Assembly: GCF_002952055.1 (NCBI RefSeq) | Contig: NZ_CP021255.1 | Span: 806,851 to 870,850 of the forward strand | Direction of reading: 5' to 3' | DNA length: 64,000 bases | From: Desulfobulbus oralis | GTDB lineage: Bacteria; Desulfobacterota; Desulfobulbia; Desulfobulbales; Desulfobulbaceae | In this document: piece after piece, positions 1 to 9,280 of the stretch | Layout: each line of letters opens with the position of its first letter | How positions within the stretch are numbered: position 1 is the first letter of the stretch | Translations under genes and position numbers: made by a program | The notes under the pieces: model-generated | Seen by the model: the letters and a program-made list of their open reading frames with translations, nothing else | Told to the model about the DNA's origin: nothing | Database searches by the model: none

Positions 1-1049
1 TGGGCGCAGCCGCTACCTTCCGCGGTTACGGCCCGGAACAGGGCTATGAATTTCTGCGTCAGGCCATTGCCGAGCACGACTTCCAGAGCCGGGGCGCCGA
101 CATCGACGCCGGTGAGATCTTCATCTCCGACGGCGCCAAATGCGATACCGGCAACATTCAGGAGCTCTTTGCCCAGGGCGCGCGCATTGCCGTGCCCGAT
201 CCGGTGTATCCGGTGTACGTGGACACCAACGTCATGGCCGGACGCACCGGGGTCTGGGCGCAGGGTCGCTACCAGGGCCTGATCTATCTGGACTGTACCG
301 CTGCAAACGGCTATGTCCCGGAGCTGCCGGCGGAAAAGGCGGACCTGATCTACCTCTGCTTCCCGAACAACCCGACCGGCGCTACGGTGAGCCGGGAGCA
401 GCTCGGACTCTGGGTGGACTATGCCCACAAGCATCAGGCGCTCATTCTCTTCGACGCGGCCTACGAGGCCTTTATCCGCGACGAGCGGCTGCCCCACACC
501 ATTTACGAAATTCCCGGCGCCCGGGAAGTGGCCATCGAGTTCCGCAGCTTTTCCAAAAGTGCGGGCTTTACGGGCACCCGTTGCGCCTATACCGTGGTGC
601 CCAGGGACTGCAGGGCCTGGGACGCGGCGGGCCGGGAGCAGAGCCTGCACGGTCTCTGGAATCGCCGCCACAGCACCAAGTTCAACGGCGTCTCCTACCC
701 GGTGCAGCGGGCCGCCGAAGCGGTGTACTCGCGGGAAGGCCAGGCCCAGTGCCGGGCGCTCATCGACGGCTATCTGGAAAATGCCCGGCTGATCGGAGAG
801 GCGCTGGACGAGCTTGGCTACCAGCATGTGGGCGGCAGCAACTCGCCCTATATCTGGGTTGCCTGCGGCCGGGATTCCTGGGAGTTTTTCGATCTGCTCC
901 TCACGCACGCGGGCGTGGTCTGCACGCCCGGCGCCGGTTTTGGCCGCTGCGGCGAAGGTTATGTCCGGCTTTCGGCCTTCAATTCCGGGGAAAATGTGCA
1001 GAAGGCCATGGAGCGCCTGGCCGGGGCAGCCAGGATGCTGAAGGCCTGA
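1..1049 (+). CDS. dapL: LL-diaminopimelate aminotransferase, 5'-partial; the N-terminus lies left of the window.
   Basis: The frame is open from nt 3 and reads [20 protein letters not shown]...[16 protein letters not shown]...NNPTGA...FDAAYEAFI...[21 protein letters not shown]. This is the class I/II aminotransferase fold with DapL-type motifs, and the stop is at 1049. Confidence 0.8.
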   Translation, partial: GAAATFRGYGPEQGYEFLRQAIAEHDFQSRGADIDAGEIFISDGAKCDTGNIQELFAQGARIAVPDPVYPVYVDTNVMAGRTGVWAQGRYQGLIYLDCTAANGYVPELPAEKADLIYLCFPNNPTGATVSREQLGLWVDYAHKHQALILFDAAYEAFIRDERLPHTIYEIPGAREVAIEFRSFSKSAGFTGTRCAYTVVPRDCRAWDAAGREQSLHGLWNRRHSTKFNGVSYPVQRAAEAVYSREGQAQCRALIDGYLENARLIGEALDELGYQHVGGSNSPYIWVACGRDSWEFFDLLLTHAGVVCTPGAGFGRCGEGYVRLSAFNSGENVQKAMERLAGAARMLKA

Positions 1050-1202
1050 AGGCCGCCCTGCTGCCTCCTGGGGGCGCATCGGGTACGAAGCAGCAACCTG
1101 TTGCATGCGGCAGGCGGCCCTTTGGCCGGCGAGTCAAAGGCAAAACTGCCAGGACCGCAAAGGCCCTGGCAGTGGCCCATGCGCACCAGGCGGGCCCGGG
1201 CG

Positions 1203-1991
1203 CTACAGGTTCAGAAGCCGCTTCGCGTTTTCCGAAGTGATTTTTCTGAACAAAGGCTCCGGTAAATCCAGCGCCCGGAGGGCGTCCAGCCCCTTTTTCT
1301 GGTCGGTCCAGGGCAAATCGCTGCCAAAGAGCAGGTAATCCGCCGGGTGCGCCAGAAGCATCCTGCGGAAGCGCTCCGCAGGCAGCATCTCCGGGCCGAA
1401 GGAAAGCTCCAGATAAATGGGCCGGCCGAGGAGCAGACGCTCCACCTCGTCCCAGTCATCCCAGCCGCCCAGGTGGGTGGCGACCAGCCTGAGTTCCGGC
1501 CAGCCTCTGGCCAGCCAGAGCGTCCTTGCCGGGTCGGAGCGGCGCAGCCTGGGGAAGGCGATGTCAAAGCCCGAATGCAGCACCAGTATGAGCCCCAGCC
1601 TGCTGAGTTCGTCGTAGAGCGGAAAGAGCGCCGGGTCGTCCAGGGTGAAATCCTGATAGTAGGGGTGCATCTTGATGCCCGGAAAAGCGGCCGCGTGCAG
1701 TTGCCGCACATGCCCGATCATGTGCGGGTCTTTGGGATGCACCGAAGGCAGCGGGATGAGGCGGGCGCTGCGCACGCTCTGTGACCAGGCCATAATATGG
1801 TCGAACTGGGCCGGCTTGGTGGCAATGGAGCAGATGAGCGCCTGGTCGATGCCGGCCCTGTCCATGGAGGCCAGAAGCCCTCTGATGGTGCCGTCGCTGA
1901 AGGAACTGCCGGCCTTTTGGGCCAGGGCGCCGATGGCCCGGGGCGCCAGCGTGTCCGGGAAGGCATGGGTGTGGCAATCGATGCAGGGCAT
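1203..1991 (-). CDS. Amidohydrolase-2 family TIM-barrel metal-dependent hydrolase.
   Basis: The N-terminus reads MPCIDCHTHAFPD (an HxH metal motif). It is 262 aa with the motif pattern expected of a TIM-barrel hydrolase, and it is convergent with dapL. Confidence 0.5.
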   Translation of the reverse strand: MPCIDCHTHAFPDTLAPRAIGALAQKAGSSFSDGTIRGLLASMDRAGIDQALICSIATKPAQFDHIMAWSQSVRSARLIPLPSVHPKDPHMIGHVRQLHAAAFPGIKMHPYYQDFTLDDPALFPLYDELSRLGLILVLHSGFDIAFPRLRRSDPARTLWLARGWPELRLVATHLGGWDDWDEVERLLLGRPIYLELSFGPEMLPAERFRRMLLAHPADYLLFGSDLPWTDQKKGLDALRALDLPEPLFRKITSENAKRLLNL

Positions 1992-1997
1992 GGACGC

Positions 1998-2465
1998 TCA
2001 GAAGAGGCGGACCACAAACAGGCCCACTTGCAGCACGAGCAGGGCATAGATGCCGGCCATGACATCGTCCAGCATGATGCCGATGCCGCCGTGGAGGTGG
2101 CTGTCCAGCCAGCTCACGGGAAAGGGCTTCCAGATGTCGAAGATGCGGAAGAGCAGGAAAGCGGCGCAGGCGGCCATGGGGTGGGCGGGCGCGGCATAGA
2201 GGGCGATGAGCTGGCCCACTACTTCGTCAATCACCACCGAGCCAGGGTCGGCTTGGTCGAGAATCTTCTCCGCCGCCCCGGCGCTGATCAGGCCCACGAC
2301 GAAGAGGATGGCCACGATGAGCCAGTAGGGTGCGGGCCGGATGGGTAAAAAATAGGTGATGGCCAGCCACAGCAGGGCCGTGACCGCGGAGGCCCAGGTG
2401 CCCGGCGCCCCGGGCAGAAAGCCGATGCCGCCAAAGGTGGCGAGACGAAGCAGGATTTTGTCCAC
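1998..2465 (-). CDS. pgpA: Phosphatidylglycerophosphatase A.
   Basis: Motifs FGGIGFLPGAPGTWAS, DPGSVVIDEVVGQ, FRIFDIWKPFPV and GGIGIMLDDVMAGIYA are present. The track ORF extends to 2573 and overlaps fmt, so I placed the start at the in-frame GTG at 2465, which gives about 156 aa. Confidence 0.7.
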   Translation of the reverse strand: MDKILLRLATFGGIGFLPGAPGTWASAVTALLWLAITYFLPIRPAPYWLIVAILFVVGLISAGAAEKILDQADPGSVVIDEVVGQLIALYAAPAHPMAACAAFLLFRIFDIWKPFPVSWLDSHLHGGIGIMLDDVMAGIYALLVLQVGLFVVRLF

Positions 2466-2476
2466 GGAGTTTCCTT

Positions 2477-3418
2477 TCAGGTAAAGATCAGGCCGGGCGC
2501 AAGCGGCGTGCCATGCAGACAGGCGGCAAGCGGCATTCGCCTTTTGCCTTCCGGCTGGATTTCTCTGAGACACAAAAGGCCCTGACCGCTGGCCACATAC
2601 AGGCCGCTCCCATCGGCGCGGCAGATGGTGCCCGGAGCGGCGTCACTGCTCTGCTCCACACATACGGGCTTGAAAAAACGGTAGCGCCGGCCCTGCAAGA
2701 AGGCATAGGCCGAGGGCCAGGGGTCACAGCCGCGAATCAGGCAGTGCAGGCGGGCGGCGGGCTGGGTCCAGTCAAGATGCCCCAGGGCCTTGTCCAGCAT
2801 GGGGGCCTGAGTCGCGAGGGCCTGTTCCTGCGGGCGTGGGCTGAGCTGCCCCGTCTTCAGGCCCGCCACGGCCTGCACGAGCGTCTGCGCCCCCAAGGCG
2901 GCCAGACGCGGAGCCAGGGTGCCTGCCGTATCCTCCGGTCGAATCGCCTCCCGGGCCGTGAGCAGTACCGGGCCGGTATCCATGCCCGCATCCAGTTGCA
3001 TGATGGACACGCCCGTTTCCCCATCCCCATTGATGAGCGCCCACTGAATCGGCGCGGCGCCACGGTATCTGGGCAAAAGCGAGGCGTGCACGTTGATGGC
3101 CCCCAGCGGGGCTGCCCGCAGAACCGCTGCGGGCAGTATCCTGCCATAGGCAACCACAACCAGCAAATCCGGCGCAAAGGCCTCAAGCTGTGCCAGGAAC
3201 TCCGGGGCCTTCACGCTTTCCGGCTGCAGCACCGGCAGGCCATTGGCCGCAGCCAGCCGCTTGACCGGCGGCGGCTCCAGTTTCCGGCCGCGGCCCCGGG
3301 GCCGGTCGGGCTGACAGACCACAGCAGCCACCGCGTCCGGACCCTCGAGGAGCGCCTGCAAACAGGGCACGGCAAAGTCCGGCGTGCCCATGAAAATCAG
3401 GCGGAGGGGTCGACTCAT
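2477..3418 (-). CDS. fmt: Methionyl-tRNA formyltransferase.
   Basis: The protein reads MSRPLRLIFMGTPDFAVPCLQAL...PDRPRGRGRK...INVHASLLPRYRGAAPIQWALINGD and is 313 aa. It overlaps def by 4 nt. Confidence 0.9.
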   Translation of the reverse strand: MSRPLRLIFMGTPDFAVPCLQALLEGPDAVAAVVCQPDRPRGRGRKLEPPPVKRLAAANGLPVLQPESVKAPEFLAQLEAFAPDLLVVVAYGRILPAAVLRAAPLGAINVHASLLPRYRGAAPIQWALINGDGETGVSIMQLDAGMDTGPVLLTAREAIRPEDTAGTLAPRLAALGAQTLVQAVAGLKTGQLSPRPQEQALATQAPMLDKALGHLDWTQPAARLHCLIRGCDPWPSAYAFLQGRRYRFFKPVCVEQSSDAAPGTICRADGSGLYVASGQGLLCLREIQPEGKRRMPLAACLHGTPLAPGLIFT

Positions 3419-3933
3419 GCCGCTTCCTGCCCGTCCCGTGCCAGGATCTTTTTGAGTCTGTTTTTGTAAAGCGCACGTTTGAGGCCGCTCAGATGGTCAA
3501 GAAACAGAATACCCCGCAGGTGATCCACCTCGTGCTGGATGATGCGGGCAAAGCGGTCTTCCGCGTCGAAGTTCAGCGGCTGTCCCGCCACGTCCAAAGC
3601 CTGTACATGAATCCTGTAGAAGCGCCTGACCGAGGCGTGGTACTCGCGCACGCTCAGGCAGCCTTCGTCGTCGGCCACCGTGCCCTGACCGCCCGACAGC
3701 ACCGGGTTGATGAGCGCCAGATAGTCCTTTTTTTCCTTGGTGGACTGATCGACCACCACGACCTGCACCGGCAGGCCGATCTGGTTGGCGGCCAGACCCA
3801 CGCCGGGCGCAGCGAACATGGTTTCGCCCATGTCGGCCACCAGCTTTTTCAGTTCCTCGTCAAAAACGGTCACCGGTCTGGCCTGCTGGCGCAGAATCGG
3901 GTTGGGGTAGGTTATAATCTTTCGCAAGGCCAT
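3415..3933 (-). CDS. def: Peptide deformylase.
   Basis: An internal ATG at 3933 gives MALRKIITYPNPILRQQARPV...GVGLAANQIG...EGCLS...QHEVDHLRGILF, with the three conserved PDF motifs. The 243-aa track ORF is an upstream extension. Confidence 0.9.
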   Translation of the reverse strand: MALRKIITYPNPILRQQARPVTVFDEELKKLVADMGETMFAAPGVGLAANQIGLPVQVVVVDQSTKEKKDYLALINPVLSGGQGTVADDEGCLSVREYHASVRRFYRIHVQALDVAGQPLNFDAEDRFARIIQHEVDHLRGILFLDHLSGLKRALYKNRLKKILARDGQEAA

Positions 3934-4207
3934 CTTTTTTGTGGAATGGAGGAAACTTGTGCTACGTACAATCCGGATGTTATGTAATCCCTTTGGCCGG
4001 GCTTGTAAAGACAGGATAGCCACTGTCCGAGGCCGGGCAGCGATGGCCGGCTGGTCCGCCTGGTCGCACGAGATCCGCTGCCGGTTCCTGCGCTTGTTTT
4101 CTCCGGGCCGATACAGTAGATTAGCACTCCGTTTACCGCTGCCCAAAAGCGGCAGGCCCGGAATGCCCAGCCAATCACACGGGAATTCCCCCTTTCAGGG
4201 AGCAAGC

Positions 4208-4798
4208 ATGAGCGGTTTTGGCCTTTTGAGTATCATCCTTTCCTATCTTGTCGGCTCCATTCCCTTTGGCCTGCTTTTATCACGAAAGAGCGGCATCGAC
4301 ATCCGCAGCCAGGGCAGCGGCAACATCGGCGCCACCAATGTGACCAGACTGTTGGGCAAAAAACTGGGCGCGCTGACCCTGCTCTGCGATGCAGGCAAGG
4401 GTTTCCTGCCCATCGCCTGCCTCAGCCTCTGCACCCGGGAGCCGCTCGTTCTGGGGCTGGCTGGCGCGGCCACAGTCCTGGGCCACATGTTTCCCGTGTA
4501 TCTGGGCTTTCACGGCGGCAAGGGCGTGGCTACGGCGCTGGGGCTTTTTCTGTTCCTCGACCCCTGTGCCGTGGCGCTGGCCCTCCTGGTGTTTCTCATC
4601 GCCCTCTGGCGCACGAATTATGTTTCCGTCGCTTCCCTGGCCGCGTCGGCCTCCCTGCCCCTCTGGATCTGGATCCTGCGCGGCAGCTCCTGGCATATTC
4701 CACTGGCCCTGGTCGTGATGGCGCTGATCTGGAGCAGGCACCGCGGCAATATCGAACGGCTGCGGCAGGGGACGGAAAAACCCTGGAAAAAGGTATGA
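4208..4798 (+). CDS. plsY: Glycerol-3-phosphate acyltransferase PlsY.
   Basis: The ATG at 4208 gives MSGFGLLSIILSYLVGSIPFGLLLSRKSGIDIRSQGSGNIGATNV...HMFPVYLGFHGGKGVAT, which is 197 aa. The track ORF from 3941 is an N-terminal extension. Confidence 0.85.
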   Translation: MSGFGLLSIILSYLVGSIPFGLLLSRKSGIDIRSQGSGNIGATNVTRLLGKKLGALTLLCDAGKGFLPIACLSLCTREPLVLGLAGAATVLGHMFPVYLGFHGGKGVATALGLFLFLDPCAVALALLVFLIALWRTNYVSVASLAASASLPLWIWILRGSSWHIPLALVVMALIWSRHRGNIERLRQGTEKPWKKV

Positions 4799-5120
4799 AA
4801 CGGCAGTAATGGCAGGAAATTGAGGTGGCAGCCGGCCTGCTGGAACCGGGGGCGGCCACTACCATGGCAGACATCAGGGGGCTGTCACCGTCTGTGCCGC
4901 CAGGGCCACCCGGCTGGCTCCGGAAACACCGCAGACGAAGCGCGGATGTGCCGCATGACCGCGGCCTGCAGCGTGCTCGGAGGCTGCGGCGAACGGTACC
5001 TTTTCCCCTGAACGGTCTGGCTTCTGCGGTGAAAGGGGCAGCTTACGATCCCGGGGACTGGTGGTTGGCCCGCTTTGCTCGGGATCCCCGGGGCAACAGC
5101 AAATAGAAGGGGCAACACAC

Positions 5121-5993
5121 GTGCGCATCCCGGAAGCAATCGCTCAAAAGAGACCTTTTGTTTCACTGGAGTTTTTTCCGCCGAAAAAGCGGGAGGACTG
5201 GCCGGCCTTTCTGCAGACCGCCCGCGAACTGGCCGGCCTGAAGCCGCTGTTCGTCTCCGTCACCTATGGTGCAGGCGGCTCTTCCCGGAGCAACACCCTG
5301 GAAATCTGCCGGCTGCTGGCGGAGCGTTGCGGCTTCACGGTCATGCCGCACCTGACCGGGGTGCTCGCGAGTCCGGAAAGTATCGACCGTTTTCTGGATG
5401 AAATCAAGGCGATCGGCATTGACAATGTGCTGGCCTTGCGCGGCGACCGGCCAGCCGCCTTCACCGGTGCGGATGAGGAACTGTTCGCGGCCTTTCCCCA
5501 TGCGGCCGACCTGATTCGCCACATCAGAGAGCACAGCCCGGGGCTTGCCGTGGGCACAGCCGCTTTTCCCGAGGGCCATGCCGAAGCCCGTTCCTTTTCG
5601 TCAGACCTCAAAGTGATGCGCGACAAGTTCCAATCTGGCGCGGACTTTGGCATCACCCAGCTTTTTTTCGACAACCGCAGCTACTTCGACTATGTCGAAC
5701 GTCTGGGTGAACTGGGTGTCACCGCGCCCGTCATTCCCGGCATCCTGCCGGTGCGCAGTCTGGCCTCGCTGCGCTTTACCCTGAAGCTCTGCAACGCCCG
5801 CGTGCCCGGCAGCCTCATCAACGAGCTGCTGGATGCGGAAGAGCGGGAGGGGCCGAAAGCGGCCTTCGAAGTCGGCATCGCCCACGCGCGGTCTCAGGTC
5901 CGGGAACTCTTCGAGCGCGGAGCGCCGGGCGTGCACCTCTACACCCTCAATCGGGCCGACATGTGCACCCGCCTGCTGGACGGTTTGCTCTGA
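5121..5993 (+). CDS. metF: 5,10-methylenetetrahydrofolate reductase.
   Basis: The reading frame contains VSLEFFPPKK...FVSVTYGAGGSSR...LRGDRP...GITQLFFD. A GTG at 5121 is preceded by the RBS AGAAGGGG with a 9-nt spacer. An alternative start at 5061 is possible. Confidence 0.8.
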   Translation: MRIPEAIAQKRPFVSLEFFPPKKREDWPAFLQTARELAGLKPLFVSVTYGAGGSSRSNTLEICRLLAERCGFTVMPHLTGVLASPESIDRFLDEIKAIGIDNVLALRGDRPAAFTGADEELFAAFPHAADLIRHIREHSPGLAVGTAAFPEGHAEARSFSSDLKVMRDKFQSGADFGITQLFFDNRSYFDYVERLGELGVTAPVIPGILPVRSLASLRFTLKLCNARVPGSLINELLDAEEREGPKAAFEVGIAHARSQVRELFERGAPGVHLYTLNRADMCTRLLDGLL

Positions 5994-6131
5994 ATGGCGT
6001 GACCCGGACACGTTCGGAAAAAACCATTGGGCCGAAAAACTCGGGCCGCAGGCTTGACAAAGCGCGGCAATCCTGCTTTCTAATAAGTTTTGAGGAGAGG
6101 AAATTTTCGTAATGGTAAAAAGAAACGCATT

Positions 6132-6707
6132 ATGGACAGAGAAGCAATAAGCGACGGGCACGCAGGCCTTTCACGCCGCGCCTTTCTCCGGGGAGCCCTG
6201 GCCGCGGGCGCGGGGCTGCTGCTGTGCCCGGTTCCCCAAAGCGTCAGGGCGGCCGTCCCTCCGGTCCGGCGCCGCCTGGCCTTCTACCACACGCATACCG
6301 AAAAGAATCTGGAGCTGACCTATGCAATCGGCCGCATATACAACCCGGTGGCCATGAATCAGCTCAACGCCTATCTGGGCGATTTCCGTACGGGCGAGAT
6401 CCACCCCATTGATCCCCAACTCATGGATATCCTCTGGGCTCTGCAAAAGCGGATTGGCGGCAGGGGCGTCTTTTCCGTGATTTCAGGCTACAGATCGCCC
6501 CACACCAATGCTGCCCTGAAACGCCGGAGCCGCGGCGTCGCGGGGAACAGTCTGCACATGCAGGGCAAGGCCATTGACGTGCGTTTTTCCGAAGTGGCCA
6601 GCGAAGCGCTGCGCGACTACGCCATTGACCTCCAGGCCGGCGGGGTGGGCTTCTATCCTGATTCCGATTTTGTGCATCTGGACACCGGCAGAGTCCGCAC
6701 CTGGTAA
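6132..6707 (+). CDS. Tat-exported DUF882/peptidase M15A family protein (MepK/YcbK-like murein endopeptidase).
   Basis: A twin-arginine signal (SRRAFLRGALAAGAGLLL) is followed by FYHTHTEKNLELTY...SGYRSPHTNAAL...SLHMQGKAIDV...GGVGFYPDSDFVHLD. The start is ATG 6132; the track's TTG 6090 is an alternative. Confidence 0.6.
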   Translation: MDREAISDGHAGLSRRAFLRGALAAGAGLLLCPVPQSVRAAVPPVRRRLAFYHTHTEKNLELTYAIGRIYNPVAMNQLNAYLGDFRTGEIHPIDPQLMDILWALQKRIGGRGVFSVISGYRSPHTNAALKRRSRGVAGNSLHMQGKAIDVRFSEVASEALRDYAIDLQAGGVGFYPDSDFVHLDTGRVRTW

Positions 6708-6713
6708 CCGGCG

Positions 6714-7112
6714 CTACAGTAGCAGGACGCAGACCCAGACCAGACAGGCCAGGGCGATGGCACAGGCGACTGCCGCCGAACCCAGATCCTTGGCCCGGCC
6801 GGAAAGTTCGTGCCGCTCGGGGCCGATCCGGTCCACCACGGCCTCAATGGCGCTGTTCAGCAGTTCAACCAGCAGGATGGCCAGCACACTGCCGGCAAGC
6901 AGTGCCCGCTCCACGCCGTTTTCGCCCAGCCACAGGCCAAGGGGCAGGAAAACGAGTGCGGCAAGCGCCTCCTCACGAAAGGCCGCTTCGTTGACCCAGG
7001 CGGCGCGCAGCCCGGCCCAGGTGCATGCGCTCGCTCTCAGCAAACGGTGCCAACCCCGACCATTTTGTTTATCCACCTTTTCCCTCCGGATTTCTGGACA
7101 TATGCGCCCCAT
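6714..7112 (-). CDS. dgkA: Diacylglycerol kinase.
   Basis: The protein reads GWHRLLRA...WVNEAAFREEALAALV...VELLNSAIEAVVDRIGPERHELSGRAKDLGSAAV, close to E. coli DgkA. I placed the start at ATG 7112, which gives 133 aa, but the upstream RBS is weak and the start is uncertain. Confidence 0.65.
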   Translation of the reverse strand: MGRICPEIRREKVDKQNGRGWHRLLRASACTWAGLRAAWVNEAAFREEALAALVFLPLGLWLGENGVERALLAGSVLAILLVELLNSAIEAVVDRIGPERHELSGRAKDLGSAAVACAIALACLVWVCVLLL

Positions 7113-7306
7113 AAGTGGCGACCCGGTCTCATCAGGTACCACGGCACAGGTACTGCCCGAGCGCGTTGTTTTTCGCCATGACCCAATAAAAACCGAAGCC
7201 CGATGCCTCTGCAATCCAAATGCACGCATCACCTGCTCGACATCCTGTTTCTCCACAGCCTGCACCATGGAAAAAATCTGTGGGACAGCAGTGATTCAAG
7301 ACCCCT

Positions 7307-8302
7307 TCACTGTTGTTCTTCCGCGTTCGGTGGACAGTGGGCCCGTCCTGGACATGTTTTGCCCAGCCCTTCACGGTACCCTGGCAGCGCCGGCCGCTCC
7401 ACTTCCGGCAGTTCCTGATAGGAGCGCCAATCCTCCAGGGACTCCAGATGGGTGCTGACTGTGGTATTGGGCAGGAGTTCCGCCACTGCGTTTTCAAATT
7501 TGCTGGCCTGGCAATGGGCACAGTGCACGGTCCAGTGGCCGGGAAAAAGCATGTGCACGGTCACGAAGCGGGAGGCTGCGGCGCGCCGGGTTCGCAAGGC
7601 GTGGAAAACGATGCCCTCCTGCTCGTAGGGCTGCATGGCCTTTTTGATGCGTTCCATCTCTTCCTCCGGCAAAGCCGAATCCATCAGGCCGTCAAAGGAG
7701 CGGCGCACAATGCTGTAGCCGGTATACAGGATATTGAGGCCCACCAGCCCGGCAATCAAGGCGTCCAGTTGCATCCAGCCGGTCAGCCATACACAGGCCA
7801 CGCCCACAAGCACGCCCGCCGAAGTCCAGACATCCGTCATCAGATGCCGGCCATCCGCCTCCAGGCTGATGGATTCGTGCACCCTGCCGGCATGCAGCAG
7901 GATGCGGGCTGTAACGAAGTTCAGCACCGAGGCCACGGCCGAGACGGCCAGGCCCACGCCTATCTGGCCCAGCACAGGGCCCGGATGAAGCAGCCGGTCG
8001 ATTGCGGCATAGAGAATCGCGCCGGCAGCGAAGATGATCAGCATGCCCTCGAAACCGCTCGAAAAATACTCCGCCTTGTCATGACCAAAGGGGTGGCCCT
8101 CGTCTGCCGGCCGTGCCGCATAGCTCAGCATGACCAGCGCAAAAACCGCGCCCGCCAGATTGACGATAGACTCCACAGCGTCCGAAAGCAGGCCCACCGA
8201 GCCGGTGAGCATCCAGGCCCCGGTCTTCAGCACAATGGTCAGGAGCGCCGTGGCCATGGAAAGCCAGGCGTAGCGGGTCGGGCGGCTTTGCGATGCGGTC
8301 AT
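7307..8302 (-). CDS. Cation diffusion facilitator (CDF) family metal efflux transporter.
   Basis: Six predicted transmembrane segments, an HxxxD-like motif (GHPFGHDKAEY) and a C-terminal cytoplasmic domain. ATG 8302 is preceded by AGAGG. Confidence 0.75.
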   Translation of the reverse strand: MTASQSRPTRYAWLSMATALLTIVLKTGAWMLTGSVGLLSDAVESIVNLAGAVFALVMLSYAARPADEGHPFGHDKAEYFSSGFEGMLIIFAAGAILYAAIDRLLHPGPVLGQIGVGLAVSAVASVLNFVTARILLHAGRVHESISLEADGRHLMTDVWTSAGVLVGVACVWLTGWMQLDALIAGLVGLNILYTGYSIVRRSFDGLMDSALPEEEMERIKKAMQPYEQEGIVFHALRTRRAAASRFVTVHMLFPGHWTVHCAHCQASKFENAVAELLPNTTVSTHLESLEDWRSYQELPEVERPALPGYREGLGKTCPGRAHCPPNAEEQQ

Positions 8303-8553
8303 GCTTGAACCTCTGAACAGGTGCGATGGAGGAGCAGGTTGCGCTGTATCCGGGCAAGGGACCAAGAGGCTTGCGGCAGGAGGCCCCGATCACTTCGACT
8401 CATCCTGCGGGACGACGGCCCCGGCTTCACGAATCCCAGGCAGCGGTGCGGTATAATGCTGGAAAAGGCTGCGGATACATCGGGCAAAACGCAGGGCGCA
8501 GCGGCCTCAGGCTTTGTCTCTGCCGGACACGATTGCTGGTTTATGATTCTCGT

Positions 8554-8575
8554 TATACAACTTTTTGTTGTAAAA
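8554..8575. promoter_or_regulatory. AT-rich perfect palindrome TACAAC-N5-GTTGTA in the divergent CDF/aroK intergenic region; a candidate operator.
   Basis: The sequence tatacaactttttgttgtaaaa has 6-bp inverted arms with a 5-bp spacer. It is an AT island within GC-rich DNA. Confidence 0.3.
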
Positions 8576-8724
8576 AACAGGCTGCTGGCGGTTTTTTAGG
8601 GAAATGAGGCCGGCCTTGGACTGCGGCACCTGCACGAATCGGGGCAAAGCTGGACAGCGGTTCGCAGTCATGGTAAATGGAACGATCCTGGAAAAATCAG
8701 ATCTGGCGCTTCCCCGTAGCAGGT

Positions 8725-9252
8725 ATGAAACAAAATATCCTTATCACCGGCTTCATGGGTGCGGGCAAGAGCAGTGTTGCCCGGGCACTGGCCGAGTTGA
8801 CCGGCCTCTTTGCCGTGGACACCGACGATCTGATCGAATCGCTGCTCCACTGCTCCATCAAAAGCTATTTTGTCAGCCATGGGGAAAACGCCTTTCGCCG
8901 GCTGGAGCAGCGGCTGGCCAACTGGCTCGCCTCTTCGGTCGATCATACTATTGTCGCTACCGGTGGGGGCTTTTTCCAGGTGCAGGGGCTCATGGAGCTG
9001 GGCCAGGTCTGCTTCCTGAACGCTGACTTCGACACCATCTGCCGGCACCTGCATGTCTGTGCCGGTGACCAGCAGACCGTGATGCGCCCGCTCTTCCAGA
9101 ACCTTGAGGCCGCCAAAAAACGCTTTGACGAACGGCTGCCCCTGTACCGCCAGAATGCGCACCACATTATCACGGTTGGCACCCAGGACAGCATGGATCT
9201 TGCCCGGCAGATTCAGGATATTCTGCGGCAAAACGGCCTGTTGGCCCAGTGA
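8725..9252 (+). CDS. aroK: Shikimate kinase.
   Basis: The protein reads MKQNILITGFMGAGKSSVARALAE...VATGGG; the Walker A motif and shikimate kinase fold are present, and it is 175 aa from ATG 8725. Confidence 0.85.
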   Translation: MKQNILITGFMGAGKSSVARALAELTGLFAVDTDDLIESLLHCSIKSYFVSHGENAFRRLEQRLANWLASSVDHTIVATGGGFFQVQGLMELGQVCFLNADFDTICRHLHVCAGDQQTVMRPLFQNLEAAKKRFDERLPLYRQNAHHIITVGTQDSMDLARQIQDILRQNGLLAQ

Positions 9253-9280
9253 ACCGCGATCAGACAGACAGGAACCGACA

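Noticed and set aside
4940-5010. SAH riboswitch upstream of metF.
   Set aside because: The stretch GCTCGGAGGCTGCGGCGAACGG superficially resembles the SAH-element GGCUCGG/AACGGCGCUC boxes. The GAGGAGCGCUGC 5' box and a matching pseudoknot partner are absent. A SAM-I-like core is reported as a low-confidence finding instead.
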